Of a stretch of DNA of 64,000 nt, positions 34,204 through 43,997 are shown piece by piece. A model generated the notes under the pieces. That model was not told the DNA's origin. It saw only the letters and a list, made by a program, of their open reading frames with translations, and made no database searches. A program made the translations under genes and the position numbers. The number at the start of each line of letters is the position of its first letter. Within the stretch, counting starts at the first letter, position 1. Source of the DNA: a virus (Duplodnaviria > Caudoviricetes); IMG/VR virus record IMGVR_UViG_3300030330_005258, positions 32,001 through 96,000 of that record, one strand, 5' to 3'.

Positions 34204-34845
34204 ATGAATTTATATGTTCCAGAAACTTTCAAAGATCAAGAGGTAAGGCAAGTTCACCTAACGGAACAAGATCTTATAGATTTTGAATTAAGAGTTAAAG
34301 ATGAATATGAGAAGGCTACAATCACTGGTCCGGTGCATATGTCAAAAGGCAACGAAAAACAGTTGATAGAAATTTTCAAGTACATTCATCCCGACGATTG
34401 GGTTTTTTCGTCTTGGCGTAACCATTATCACTCTCTCCTACATGGCGTACCGGAAGAGCACCTATGGGAACTGATAACCGCCGGCAAAAGTATGAGTGTG
34501 TATTGTGGTGAGCCAAAATTGTACACGTCTTCTATAGTTGGTGGTATCATACCAATAGCACTTGGCGCCGCAAAGGCACTTAAGATGAAAAAAACAGGCA
34601 GAAAGGTTTGGGCTTTTGTTGGTGATATGACTGCTGAAACCGGCGGCTTTCATGAAGCCTATAAATATTCTCGTCGCCACAACCTTCCACTAGAATTTGT
34701 AATTGAAGATAACGATATGAGCACAAATACACCAACTAGTGAAACTTGGAATGGAGTTAAGAGCCACTTTCCTAAAGATGTTTTTTATTATTCTTACGAG
34801 AGAGGCTATCCACACCACGGCACCGGTCAGTGGGTTTTATTTTAG
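34204..34845 (+). CDS. ThDP-dependent E1-alpha-like subunit
   Basis: H...GNE, WRNHYH, SSIVGG, GDMTAETG...EDN. Confidence 0.85.
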   Translation: MNLYVPETFKDQEVRQVHLTEQDLIDFELRVKDEYEKATITGPVHMSKGNEKQLIEIFKYIHPDDWVFSSWRNHYHSLLHGVPEEHLWELITAGKSMSVYCGEPKLYTSSIVGGIIPIALGAAKALKMKKTGRKVWAFVGDMTAETGGFHEAYKYSRRHNLPLEFVIEDNDMSTNTPTSETWNGVKSHFPKDVFYYSYERGYPHHGTGQWVLF

Positions 34846-34853
34846 GAGCAAAG

Positions 34854-35387
34854 ATGAAGTATGTAGAACATTTGGTTAAGTCCATGGAATTCTTGGCAGA
34901 AGACCCAAGAACAATCTTTATTGGTCAATCTGTTGCTTATAGTGGCAACTCTATTTACAACACTCTAAAGACTATTCCAAATGACAGAAAGATCGAAACG
35001 CCTGTCTTTGAAGAAACTCAAATGGGATTGTCAATTGGTCTTGCCATGGAGGGTTATGTACCAGTGACATGCTACCCCCGTTTTGACTTTTTGCTATTGG
35101 CAGTTAATCAGCTTGTTAATCATTTAGATAAAATGGAAGAAATGACACGAGGAACTTTTAAGCCCCGTGTTATAGTTAGAACATCAATCGGCGCCAAGGT
35201 TCCCCTTAATGGTGGCGTGCAGCACACAAAAGATCACACAGAGGCATTTAGGCATTTGCTAGAAAATGTTGAAGTTGTTTTGCTAGAAAATAAAGAAGAC
35301 ATTTTTCCTGCTTACAAAAAAGCCCTAGAAAGAGAAGATAGTAAGCCAACACTCTTAGTAGAATATGGCGAATATTACAATCAATGA
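34854..35387 (+). CDS. ThDP-dependent E1-beta-like subunit (pyrimidine-binding domain only)
   Basis: GQSV, ETPVFEETQMG...G, QLVNH, QH. Confidence 0.8.
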   Translation: MKYVEHLVKSMEFLAEDPRTIFIGQSVAYSGNSIYNTLKTIPNDRKIETPVFEETQMGLSIGLAMEGYVPVTCYPRFDFLLLAVNQLVNHLDKMEEMTRGTFKPRVIVRTSIGAKVPLNGGVQHTKDHTEAFRHLLENVEVVLLENKEDIFPAYKKALEREDSKPTLLVEYGEYYNQ

Positions 35388-36190
35388 TGCTAACCACTCC
35401 CGAAATACAAGAAAAAGCCGACGAACATCGCAAAAAGATACTCAAAGTAATCAACCGTGTAGGCAAGGGGCATGTTGGGGGAGCTTTCTCCTGTATTGAT
35501 ATATTGAGTGTTCTTTATTACAGTGGGATACTAAACATCACCCCAGAGAATATAAATGACCCCAACCGCAATAGGTTTCTATTAAGCAAGGGTCACGCCT
35601 GTATAGCTCAATATGTTATTTTAAATGACTTAGGCTTTTTTGATGATCAAGAGTTATTTAAAATGAATCAAGGTGGTATTTTGGGGGAACATCCAGATAC
35701 AAATATACCCGGCATAGAATTCATATCAGGCTCTCTTGGACATGGCTTAAGTGTTGCGCTGGGCTTCGCCCTTGCCGCCAAAATGAACAAACAAGATTAT
35801 TTAACATACGTTGTATTAGGTGATGGAGAGTGTGGCGAAGGTTCGGTATGGGAGGCTATTAGCATAGCACCCCACCTTAAATTATCTAATTTGGTAGCAA
35901 TCATAGATCGAAACAGACTGTGCATTCATGGGGATACTGAACAAATTCACCCACTTGACCCCCTAGATAAGAGACTTGAATCTTTCGGTTGGAATGTCAT
36001 GGAAATAGACGGACACAACTTTGGGGACCTTTACGTCTCATTGAATAACCTACACCCTTCTAAGCCCACGGCTATTATTGCAAACACAATAAAGGGCAAA
36101 GGCGTTAGTTTTATGGAAAACAAAAACACTTGGCACCATGGCGGCATAAGTGATGAAATACTTGATAAGGCATTGAGAGAAATACAATGA
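35384..36190 (+). CDS. transketolase N-terminal subunit
   Basis: GHVGG..S, RFLLSKGH, GSLGHGL, GDGECGEG..WEA, TIKGKG..WH. Confidence 0.9.
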   Translation: MMLTTPEIQEKADEHRKKILKVINRVGKGHVGGAFSCIDILSVLYYSGILNITPENINDPNRNRFLLSKGHACIAQYVILNDLGFFDDQELFKMNQGGILGEHPDTNIPGIEFISGSLGHGLSVALGFALAAKMNKQDYLTYVVLGDGECGEGSVWEAISIAPHLKLSNLVAIIDRNRLCIHGDTEQIHPLDPLDKRLESFGWNVMEIDGHNFGDLYVSLNNLHPSKPTAIIANTIKGKGVSFMENKNTWHHGGISDEILDKALREIQ

Positions 36191-37125
36191 AAGACGATGT
36201 TATAGTTGATATGAGAGATGCGTTTTTTGATCAGCTATATCGGTATATCTCTATTGATAAAAATGTTGTAATCTTGACGGCAGACCACGGCGCCTTTGGC
36301 TTAAAAAAGATTGAGAATGATTACCCTGAACAATATCTCAATATTGGCATTGCAGAACAGGCACTTGTAAGCATCGCTGCTGGATTAGCCAAGTGCGGAA
36401 AAAAAGTATATATATATGCCATAAATAATTTTGTTTCATTAAGAGTTTTGGAGCAAATAAATATTGATTTGTGTGCGATGAATTTAGATGTCAATATCAT
36501 CGGTGTCGGCGCTGGCTTTACTTATAGCACAGATGGTCCTACTCACCAAGGTGTTCAAGATTTATCTGCTATGATAAACTTGCCAAACTTACAGGTCTAC
36601 AATGTTACTGATGACATTAATACCAAAAAGCTTGTAGAGCTTTCATACAATAACTCTGGTCCCAAATATTTTAGAATTGAAAAAGGAAAGCTCCCTAGGA
36701 TATATTCACCGGCAGACGACGTATCTGGTGGTCAAAAAGTTATAACCCCACAGGATAGTGATTATGTGATAATATCTTCTGGTTATATGACACAAAAGGT
36801 TAATAATGTTGTAAAATCTTTAAGCGAACAAAATATTCTTTTGAGACACATGGATCTGTTTAGGATAAGTCCACTACCAATAAGTGATATTGTGTCTTTC
36901 ACAAAAAATAAAAATGTTATTATTGTGGAGGACAATATTAAAAACGGAGGCATTGCAGAAAAAGTCTTTTGCTTATTAAAAGAGCACCAACATACTGGAA
37001 GAGTTTTGAGCATTTCATTAAAAAACAAATTTTATTTTGATTTTGGTGATAGGGATATGCTTCATAAGATCGCTAAGATAGATGAAGATTCGATAACTGA
37101 AAAAATAAAAAGTTTTATACATTGA
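36187..37125 (+). CDS. transketolase C-terminal subunit
   Basis: GIAEQ, DGPTHQ, GPKYFR, VED..GG. Confidence 0.9.
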   Translation: MKDDVIVDMRDAFFDQLYRYISIDKNVVILTADHGAFGLKKIENDYPEQYLNIGIAEQALVSIAAGLAKCGKKVYIYAINNFVSLRVLEQINIDLCAMNLDVNIIGVGAGFTYSTDGPTHQGVQDLSAMINLPNLQVYNVTDDINTKKLVELSYNNSGPKYFRIEKGKLPRIYSPADDVSGGQKVITPQDSDYVIISSGYMTQKVNNVVKSLSEQNILLRHMDLFRISPLPISDIVSFTKNKNVIIVEDNIKNGGIAEKVFCLLKEHQHTGRVLSISLKNKFYFDFGDRDMLHKIAKIDEDSITEKIKSFIH

Positions 37126-37133
37126 GGTAAATT

Positions 37134-38117
37134 ATGTATTTAGGAAAAAAAGTTTTAGTAGCTGGCGGCACTGGAACAATTGGCATCCCATTGGTTGAGA
37201 TGCTAGTTGAGAGAGGCGCCGTAGTGACCGTAGTTTCTATGGACTCAGAAGAATACGCCACAATGGTATTGCCACCAGAGGTAAGTTTTAAAAAAATGGA
37301 CCTGACCTCCACTGACAATTGTTTGCGAGCGACCCATGGGCAAGATTACGTGTTCAATCTTGTCGGAATAAAAGGCTCAGTTGGCATTGGGGAAACAAAA
37401 GTTGCAAGCTATTTTGTGCCGATGCTTAGGTTTCAAACAAATTTGATGGATGCGGCATTCCATTCAGAAGTATCAAGATATATGTTTGTCAGTAGTGTGT
37501 GCATCTACCCACAAGCATCCGAACATTTTGAAGATAATGCCTGGAATGGTATGCCAAAACAGAACGACCGGATCCCAGGATTGGCAAAGAGAATCGGAGA
37601 AATACAAGGAGAGACTTATTTGAAAGAGCACGGCTGGGACGCTGTACGAGTTGTTAGACCCAGCAATGTTTATGGTCCTTTTGATGACTTTAACCCCGCC
37701 ACTGCTCAAGTTATTCCATCTTTGATCTCCAGAACACTTTCTGGAGAAAGTCCCTTAAACGTCTGGGGGGATGGTTCTGCGATTAGAGATTTTGTATATT
37801 CGAGAGAAGTTGCGCATTGGTTGCTGGAGGCTTTAGAGCACGCGCCACCATGTGTCCCAATCAATCTAGGCTCGGGCAATCCATGCTCAATTAAGCAGGT
37901 TGCTGAAGTTATTTGTAATGTACAGCAGCCCCCTACACAAATTATATGGGACACCTCCAAGCCAGCAGGCGACCCAATTAGACTAATGAATATGGAAAGA
38001 GCACAAAAATATTTAAACTTTAAACAAATCTATCCTTTAGAGAAAGGGATAGAGGAGACAATTAAATGGATTGTGGATAATCCATATTTAGCTAAATTAA
38101 AAGGATTCAAAATATGA
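37134..38117 (+). CDS. NAD-dependent epimerase-like SDR
   Basis: GGTGTIG, SSVCIYP, RPSNVYGPFD, WGDGSAIRDF. Confidence 0.85.
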   Translation: MYLGKKVLVAGGTGTIGIPLVEMLVERGAVVTVVSMDSEEYATMVLPPEVSFKKMDLTSTDNCLRATHGQDYVFNLVGIKGSVGIGETKVASYFVPMLRFQTNLMDAAFHSEVSRYMFVSSVCIYPQASEHFEDNAWNGMPKQNDRIPGLAKRIGEIQGETYLKEHGWDAVRVVRPSNVYGPFDDFNPATAQVIPSLISRTLSGESPLNVWGDGSAIRDFVYSREVAHWLLEALEHAPPCVPINLGSGNPCSIKQVAEVICNVQQPPTQIIWDTSKPAGDPIRLMNMERAQKYLNFKQIYPLEKGIEETIKWIVDNPYLAKLKGFKI

Positions 38118-38527
38118 GTTACAATAGAAAGTTTGTTTTACCGGCTGCTGAGTTAGTTGATAGAATATCAGTAGACCAAATTAAAGAAATGTTGTTTGAC
38201 GATAACAGCAGTATTACTCGTGAAATACAAGATATTTCAGATGATTTAGATCACATTATAAAAGAAAAAAATGTTGTTTTTAATGCTAGACTATTGAGGG
38301 TAATAGTGGCTCTGTCTCAAATTAATGTGCATATTTGGTATTTGAAAGATATGATGCAGGACAAGCCAGAGAAGTATGATGAATTGCTTAAACTAGCTCA
38401 CCAAATAAACGGTGTTAGAAATAGATTGAAAAATCTATTACTTGAAGAATTTGGAGATAAAGAAAAGAGTCTCCTCCGTAGCAATTTTGACACCGATGGT
38501 CTAAAGGGCTGGGAAGTTAGCCTGTGA
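38114..38527 (+). CDS. DUF4254-like helical protein, paralog of 32826
   Basis: ELVDRISVDQIK...LSQINVHIWY...HQINGVRN. Confidence 0.6.
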   Translation: MSYNRKFVLPAAELVDRISVDQIKEMLFDDNSSITREIQDISDDLDHIIKEKNVVFNARLLRVIVALSQINVHIWYLKDMMQDKPEKYDELLKLAHQINGVRNRLKNLLLEEFGDKEKSLLRSNFDTDGLKGWEVSL

Positions 38528-38528
38528 C

Positions 38529-39632
38529 ATGAGATACATTGAGCTACCGGCTTTTGATAATCGTATTTCAAGAATAGCTCTCGGAGTCAACAAAACCGGA
38601 AATAAAAAATCAGCAACCCCGGAAAAAGAATCGCGCCGTGTTTCTTTTTATCATGAAGCGATAGATTTGGGGATCAATTTTTTTGATACTGCTGAACTTT
38701 ATGGCGGCGGCTATTCGGAAGAGGTTTTAGGTAAAGCCCTTCAAGGTAGCTACAGGCACGATAATATAATATGCACCAAGTTTAATGCAAAAAACTCGTC
38801 AAAAGAAAAAATTCAAACATCTCTGGAGGGCAGCTTAAGAAGGTTAAATACCGAATACGTTGACTTGTATTTAGCTCATTGGCCAAACCCAAATGTACCA
38901 TTTGATGATTTATTAGAATCTTTGCAAAAATTCAAAAAGCAAGGAAAAGTAAGATCATTTGGACTTAGTAACGCAACACTTTCAGAAATAGAGAGGTTTT
39001 ATCTGTTAAATGATAGCCAGCCCTGCGTTATAGAAAACGAATATAACATAATCGACAGAAGTGTAGAGGACGGTATTTTACCCTTTGTGCAGCGTAGTGG
39101 GTGCTTATTCTTGTCTTATAGCCCATTGGCTCAAGGCATACCAATAACAAAAAATAAGCAAATTGATATGTTGTGTAACAAATACAGATGTACGATACAA
39201 CAATTATTTTTAGCTTGGATACATGATAGAAATGTTGTATCAATTGTTAGAACAATGAACAGCAGCCATTTACAAGACAATGTTTCGTCTTTAATGATTA
39301 AATTGGAAACTCATGAAAAGCAACTTCTACAAGATACATTTTCATTAAAAAAAATCAAAGTTAATATTGAATCGATCAATTTAGACAAAAGCCCATATGT
39401 ATCAGTTCAAGATGCAATTCAAAATTTTGAAGATTTGATTCCAAGCCCCTCGATGCTGGCGAATAGAATAGATAGAGGTTATAATTTTTCTCCTCTGCGC
39501 CTTATAAAAAATGGCAATCGATACGATATTTTGAATGGATTTGGCATGTCTGAAATTAAAAAGATTTGGGCTTGGAAAATTTCAAGACCATATGATAACA
39601 AAATGGAGGCTTATATATACAATGATTTATAA
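38529..39632 (+). CDS. aldo/keto reductase with degenerate ParB/Srx-like C-terminal domain
   Basis: FFDTAELYG, TK, AHWP, GLSN, YSPLAQG. Confidence 0.85.
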   Translation: MRYIELPAFDNRISRIALGVNKTGNKKSATPEKESRRVSFYHEAIDLGINFFDTAELYGGGYSEEVLGKALQGSYRHDNIICTKFNAKNSSKEKIQTSLEGSLRRLNTEYVDLYLAHWPNPNVPFDDLLESLQKFKKQGKVRSFGLSNATLSEIERFYLLNDSQPCVIENEYNIIDRSVEDGILPFVQRSGCLFLSYSPLAQGIPITKNKQIDMLCNKYRCTIQQLFLAWIHDRNVVSIVRTMNSSHLQDNVSSLMIKLETHEKQLLQDTFSLKKIKVNIESINLDKSPYVSVQDAIQNFEDLIPSPSMLANRIDRGYNFSPLRLIKNGNRYDILNGFGMSEIKKIWAWKISRPYDNKMEAYIYNDL

Positions 39633-40737
39633 AACAATAGGAACAGACAGGGTATCAGCGATTGGATTTGGAACCGGGTTCACTGCCCCTGAAAATAGAA
39701 ATTGTGACACCCTGCAACAAACAATACACAACTCTATTGATTTGGGTGTGAATTTCATAGATACAGCACCAGTATACGGTAATGGAGTTTCGGAAACGAT
39801 GCTTGGTCAAGTTTTAAAAAACATAGGCAGAGAAAAGGTGTTTCTTGCCTCCAAGGTGTCACCAGAAGATACGAGCTACAAAGGTGTGATAAGCTCAGCC
39901 GAACAAAGTTTGAAAAGATTACAAACAGAAACCATTGACCTTTTTCAAATACACTGGCCAAGCGTAAATATACCACTGTCAGAAACAGCAGAAGCAATGG
40001 AAAAACTGGTTTCAGATGGAAAGATTAGATACATTGGCGTTAGTAATTTTCAAATGCACGAGATAGTTGAGACAAAGAATAGTCTAAAGCAGAACTCTCT
40101 TGCCTCTATACAATCAGAATATAATTTTTTTGAGAGATCCATGGAAGACAAAGTTTTACCTTTTTGTAAAAAAAATGATATGATGCTAATAGCCTATAGC
40201 CCACTAGCACAAGGTAATTTGGCAAACGGTAAACAACAAAAGACAATATTAACCCAAATGGCACAAAAATATGGTGCAACAACCGGGCAACTTGTGTTAA
40301 GATGGCTTATAGAAAATGATAATGTTTTGGTTATACCAAATACCTCTAAACCCCATCGTGCGATAGAGAATGCAAAAGCCGCAAACTTTACAATTTCTAA
40401 GGAAGATTTCATGATACTATCTGAAAATCTTAAAACTTTACAGCAATTAATTGATGTGAAAGATGTTAGAGTCTCCAATGACTACAGCAGAAAAGTATAT
40501 CAAACAATTGAAGAGGCAAAAGAAAATAAAATGAATCTTTCTCCGTCTCCAATTGAATTATCTGAGGAAATGAAGAAGGGGAACTTTTTAAAACCGATAA
40601 GACTAAAAGAATTGGAGAAGCCTATAGATGGCAAGCGATATGATTTAGTTGAAGGAAGATTGCGTTACTGGGCTTGGACTATAGCCCATGGATATGATAA
40701 GCCAATCCCGGCTTTAGTTTGGAAAACAAGGAGTTAA
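39622..40737 (+). CDS. aldo/keto reductase fused to ParB/Srx-like domain
   Basis: FIDTAPVYG, SK, IHWP, GVSN, YSPLAQG; LKPIRL...YDLVEGRLRYWA. Confidence 0.85.
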   Translation: MIYKTIGTDRVSAIGFGTGFTAPENRNCDTLQQTIHNSIDLGVNFIDTAPVYGNGVSETMLGQVLKNIGREKVFLASKVSPEDTSYKGVISSAEQSLKRLQTETIDLFQIHWPSVNIPLSETAEAMEKLVSDGKIRYIGVSNFQMHEIVETKNSLKQNSLASIQSEYNFFERSMEDKVLPFCKKNDMMLIAYSPLAQGNLANGKQQKTILTQMAQKYGATTGQLVLRWLIENDNVLVIPNTSKPHRAIENAKAANFTISKEDFMILSENLKTLQQLIDVKDVRVSNDYSRKVYQTIEEAKENKMNLSPSPIELSEEMKKGNFLKPIRLKELEKPIDGKRYDLVEGRLRYWAWTIAHGYDKPIPALVWKTRS

Positions 40738-40738
40738 A

Positions 40739-41494
40739 ATGACAGACAAGAAAGCAATCATCACTTACGATGATCAAAAAGAAAGAGATGCTCGAAATGA
40801 ATTATATGAATTATTGAAGGAGTGTCCAATACCAGAGGACCAAGTTTTATCAAATTTGGGTCTTTTTTTGAATTCTAAAAACTTATCTAGAATTCTTTTT
40901 ATGAATTACATATATCAAAAAATTGTTGATGTCCAAGGGGTCGTTTTTGAATTTGGAACGCGCTGGGGACAAAATGTGGCGCTCTTTGCAGCGTTGCGCG
41001 GTATCTATGAGCCCTTTAACAGACACAGAAAGATAGTGGCTTTTGATACTTTTGAAGGGTTTCCTTCAATTCATGAGAAGGATGGAGACTCATCTATGAT
41101 GGTGGAGGGTATGCTTAGCTTGACTGAAAATTATGATCAATATTTGTCTAGCGTTGTTTCAACAATTGAAAAAGACAACCCATTGTCTCATATACAAAAA
41201 TTCGAACTTAGAAAGGGAGACGGAATAGTCGAGATTGATTCATATCTTGAACAGAATCCCGAAACAATTATCTCATTAGCTTACTTCGATTTTGATCTAT
41301 ATGCGCCCACCAAGAAGTGCCTAGAAGCCATAAAGCCTCGCTTGACTAAGGGCAGCGTCGTATGCTTTGATGAACTTAATGATCCTGATTCTCCCGGAGA
41401 GACCTTGGCACTGATGGAAGTTTTCGGTCTCGAAAATGTTACGCTCAAGAGATTTCCATATGTCTCTAGAATATCATATTTTATAGTGGAGTAG
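40739..41494 (+). CDS. TylF/MycF-like SAM-dependent sugar O-methyltransferase
   Basis: EFGTRWG, FDTFEGFP, DFDLYAPT, FDELN...PGE. Confidence 0.8.
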   Translation: MTDKKAIITYDDQKERDARNELYELLKECPIPEDQVLSNLGLFLNSKNLSRILFMNYIYQKIVDVQGVVFEFGTRWGQNVALFAALRGIYEPFNRHRKIVAFDTFEGFPSIHEKDGDSSMMVEGMLSLTENYDQYLSSVVSTIEKDNPLSHIQKFELRKGDGIVEIDSYLEQNPETIISLAYFDFDLYAPTKKCLEAIKPRLTKGSVVCFDELNDPDSPGETLALMEVFGLENVTLKRFPYVSRISYFIVE

Positions 41495-41496
41495 AA

Positions 41497-42480
41497 ATGA
41501 TTAATGATTTGAATAACGCAAAGGTGCTTGTTACCGGAGGCACCGGTATGATTGGTAGGTATTTGGTAGACAAACTTCTTGCAAGAGGCTGCGAAGTAAC
41601 TGTTGTATCCCTCGATGACCCCGAGGGCTTGCCAGAGCCTGTAAAGTTTATGAAACTGGACTTAACAATTCTGGATAACTGCCTTAAGGCGTGCGAGGGA
41701 CAAGACTACGTTTTTAATTTAATTGGCATCAAGGGATCTCCAAAAATGTCTAGAGAGCGACCTGCCAGTTTTATGGTCCCCATGCTAATGTTTAACACAG
41801 CCATGATGGAAGCTGCCATGCGCAGTAACGTGAAATGGTATCTATACACTAGCTCTGTTGGAGTCTATCATCCTGCTGAAGTGTTCAAAGAGGATGATGT
41901 GTGGAAGACTTTTCCGTCTGACAACGACAAGCACCCCGGCTGGGCAAAGAGAATTGGAGAACTTCAGGCTGATGCATATCGTATACAATACGGTAGAAAC
42001 AATATATCAATTGTTAGACCAGCTAACGTATATGGCAAGTGGGACAACTTTGATCCAGAGAATGCCATGGTTATACCATCACTTATAAACAGAATAGTGT
42101 CAGGAGAATCTCCTCTTGTATGTTGGGGCGATGGAAAGCCAATTAGAGATTTCATTTATGCTGGTGATTGCGCCGATGGTATGATTCACATGGTTGAAAA
42201 TGGAGTGACAGATCCTGTAAATTTGGGTAGTGGTGACGGAGTATCAATTAAAGAAGTTGCAGAAGCTATCAGAGATTGTTATAATAAAGATATAGAGATT
42301 GAATGGGATATTACCAAGCCCAAAGGGGACGCCCGCCGCCTAATGGATACTACAAGAGCAGAGTCAAATGGTTTTGTCTGTAGTACACACCTAGTTGACG
42401 GCATTAGAGAAACGCTCCAATGGTTCTTGGAAAATAGAGATCTCTACAAGAAAAGAAACAATTACTTTGTAAAGGACTGA
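41497..42480 (+). CDS. NAD-dependent epimerase-like SDR
   Basis: TGGTGMIG, SSVGVY, RPANVYG..D, WGDG.PIRDF. Confidence 0.85.
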   Translation: MINDLNNAKVLVTGGTGMIGRYLVDKLLARGCEVTVVSLDDPEGLPEPVKFMKLDLTILDNCLKACEGQDYVFNLIGIKGSPKMSRERPASFMVPMLMFNTAMMEAAMRSNVKWYLYTSSVGVYHPAEVFKEDDVWKTFPSDNDKHPGWAKRIGELQADAYRIQYGRNNISIVRPANVYGKWDNFDPENAMVIPSLINRIVSGESPLVCWGDGKPIRDFIYAGDCADGMIHMVENGVTDPVNLGSGDGVSIKEVAEAIRDCYNKDIEIEWDITKPKGDARRLMDTTRAESNGFVCSTHLVDGIRETLQWFLENRDLYKKRNNYFVKD

Positions 42481-42481
42481 C

Positions 42482-42994
42482 ATGATAATAAAAGACACTA
42501 AGTTGCAGGGAGTAAAACTTATAATCCCTGATAGATTTGAAGACCATCGAGGATCTTACATGGAGCTTTATGATTCAAAAAATTTTGAATCAATTACGAG
42601 TGAGTGTTTTATTCAAGATGATATTTCAATTTCAAACAAGGGTGTCTTGAGGGGGCTTCATGGCGATTGGAGAACTACAAAAATAGTCACAGTTATAAAC
42701 GGCTCGGGCTATGCGCTGATAGCAGATAACCGCCCATCCTCGCCCACCTATAAACAATGGCAGTCCTTTACCCTCAGTAAGCAAAATAAGCAAATGCTTC
42801 TGCTTCCTGCCGGCATTGGCAATTCAATATTAGCTCTTGAAGATAATATGATTTATTATTACAAGCAAAATACACATTTTGTAGATGGGCAACAATTTAC
42901 AATAAAGTGGGACAGCCCCGAGTGGGACTTTTGGTGGCCAATCAAAGAGCCAATTTTGTCCATGAGAGACCAGAGAGGCGATTATGTCAAATAA
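42482..42994 (+). CDS. rmlC: dTDP-4-dehydrorhamnose 3,5-epimerase family
   Basis: FEDHRG, QD.IS.S..GVLRGLHG, D.RP.SPTY.QW, WP...PILS.RD. Confidence 0.88.
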   Translation: MIIKDTKLQGVKLIIPDRFEDHRGSYMELYDSKNFESITSECFIQDDISISNKGVLRGLHGDWRTTKIVTVINGSGYALIADNRPSSPTYKQWQSFTLSKQNKQMLLLPAGIGNSILALEDNMIYYYKQNTHFVDGQQFTIKWDSPEWDFWWPIKEPILSMRDQRGDYVK

Positions 42995-43997
42995 AAATTG
43001 TATTATTACGGGCATAACAGGCATGGTTGGCTCTCATTTGGCTGACTACTTGCTTGAAAATACAGATTGGGAAGTTCATGGCTTGACCCGATGGAATGAC
43101 AGGATGGACAATATTGAGCACCTGATGCAGCGGATAAACAAGAAGGATAGAATCCATCTACAGTATGGTGATATAAATGATTTAAGCTCAATGTTGGCTG
43201 TGTTTGATAGAGTCAAACCAGATTATGTTTTTCACTTAGCAGCACAGAGCTATCCAAAGACAAGCTTTGAGTCGCCTCTAGAAACTCTTGAGACAAATAT
43301 ACTTGGAACTGCTAAAGTTTTAGATGCCATAAAGACTCTTAGTTTGGAACCGGTAATTCATGTCTGTGCTTCATCTGAAGTATTTGGCAGAGTGCCAAAA
43401 GAGTTTCTACCAATACACGAAGATGTACAATTTCATCCAGCCTCACCCTATGCTATTTCAAAAGTTGGAACAGATCTTATTGGCAGGTTTTACGCCGAGG
43501 CGTATGGATTAAAAGTTATGACAACTCGCATGTTCACACACACTGGTCCACGCAGGGGCGACGTCTTTGCGGAGTCTACATTTGCTAAACAAATAGCTAT
43601 GATAGAAGCAGGACTACAGGAGCCAACCATAAAGGTTGGTAACCTTGACTCTTTGAGAACGTGGTCAGATGTTAGAGATGCCGTTCGCGCTTACCACATG
43701 TTGGTGACAAACAATCCAATCGCCGGAGAATATTATAACATTGGAGGCACGTTTAGTTGTACAGTTAGGGAAATGTTAGAATATTTGATTTCTCTTTCTA
43801 CTGTTAAAAATATATCAATTGAAACTGACCCCGATAGGTTACGACCAATTGATGCCGACTTGCAGGTACCAGATACTTCAAAGTTCAAAAATCATACAGG
43901 GTGGGAGCCGGAAATCTCATTTGAAAAAACAATGCAAGATTTACTTAACTACTGGCGTGATAATGTCAACAACGGCAGAAGGTTCTTAAGTAGATGA
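42984..43997 (+). CDS. gmd: GDP-mannose 4,6-dehydratase family
   Basis: ITGITGMVGSHL, HLAAQS, SSEVFG, SPYAISK, GNLDSLR. Confidence 0.85.
   Translation: MSNKNCIITGITGMVGSHLADYLLENTDWEVHGLTRWNDRMDNIEHLMQRINKKDRIHLQYGDINDLSSMLAVFDRVKPDYVFHLAAQSYPKTSFESPLETLETNILGTAKVLDAIKTLSLEPVIHVCASSEVFGRVPKEFLPIHEDVQFHPASPYAISKVGTDLIGRFYAEAYGLKVMTTRMFTHTGPRRGDVFAESTFAKQIAMIEAGLQEPTIKVGNLDSLRTWSDVRDAVRAYHMLVTNNPIAGEYYNIGGTFSCTVREMLEYLISLSTVKNISIETDPDRLRPIDADLQVPDTSKFKNHTGWEPEISFEKTMQDLLNYWRDNVNNGRRFLSR

Noticed and set aside
34204-37125. Pyruvate dehydrogenase/transketolase as central-carbon AMGs
   Set aside because: Truncated subunits, no E2/E3, and embedded in a nucleotide-sugar cluster.
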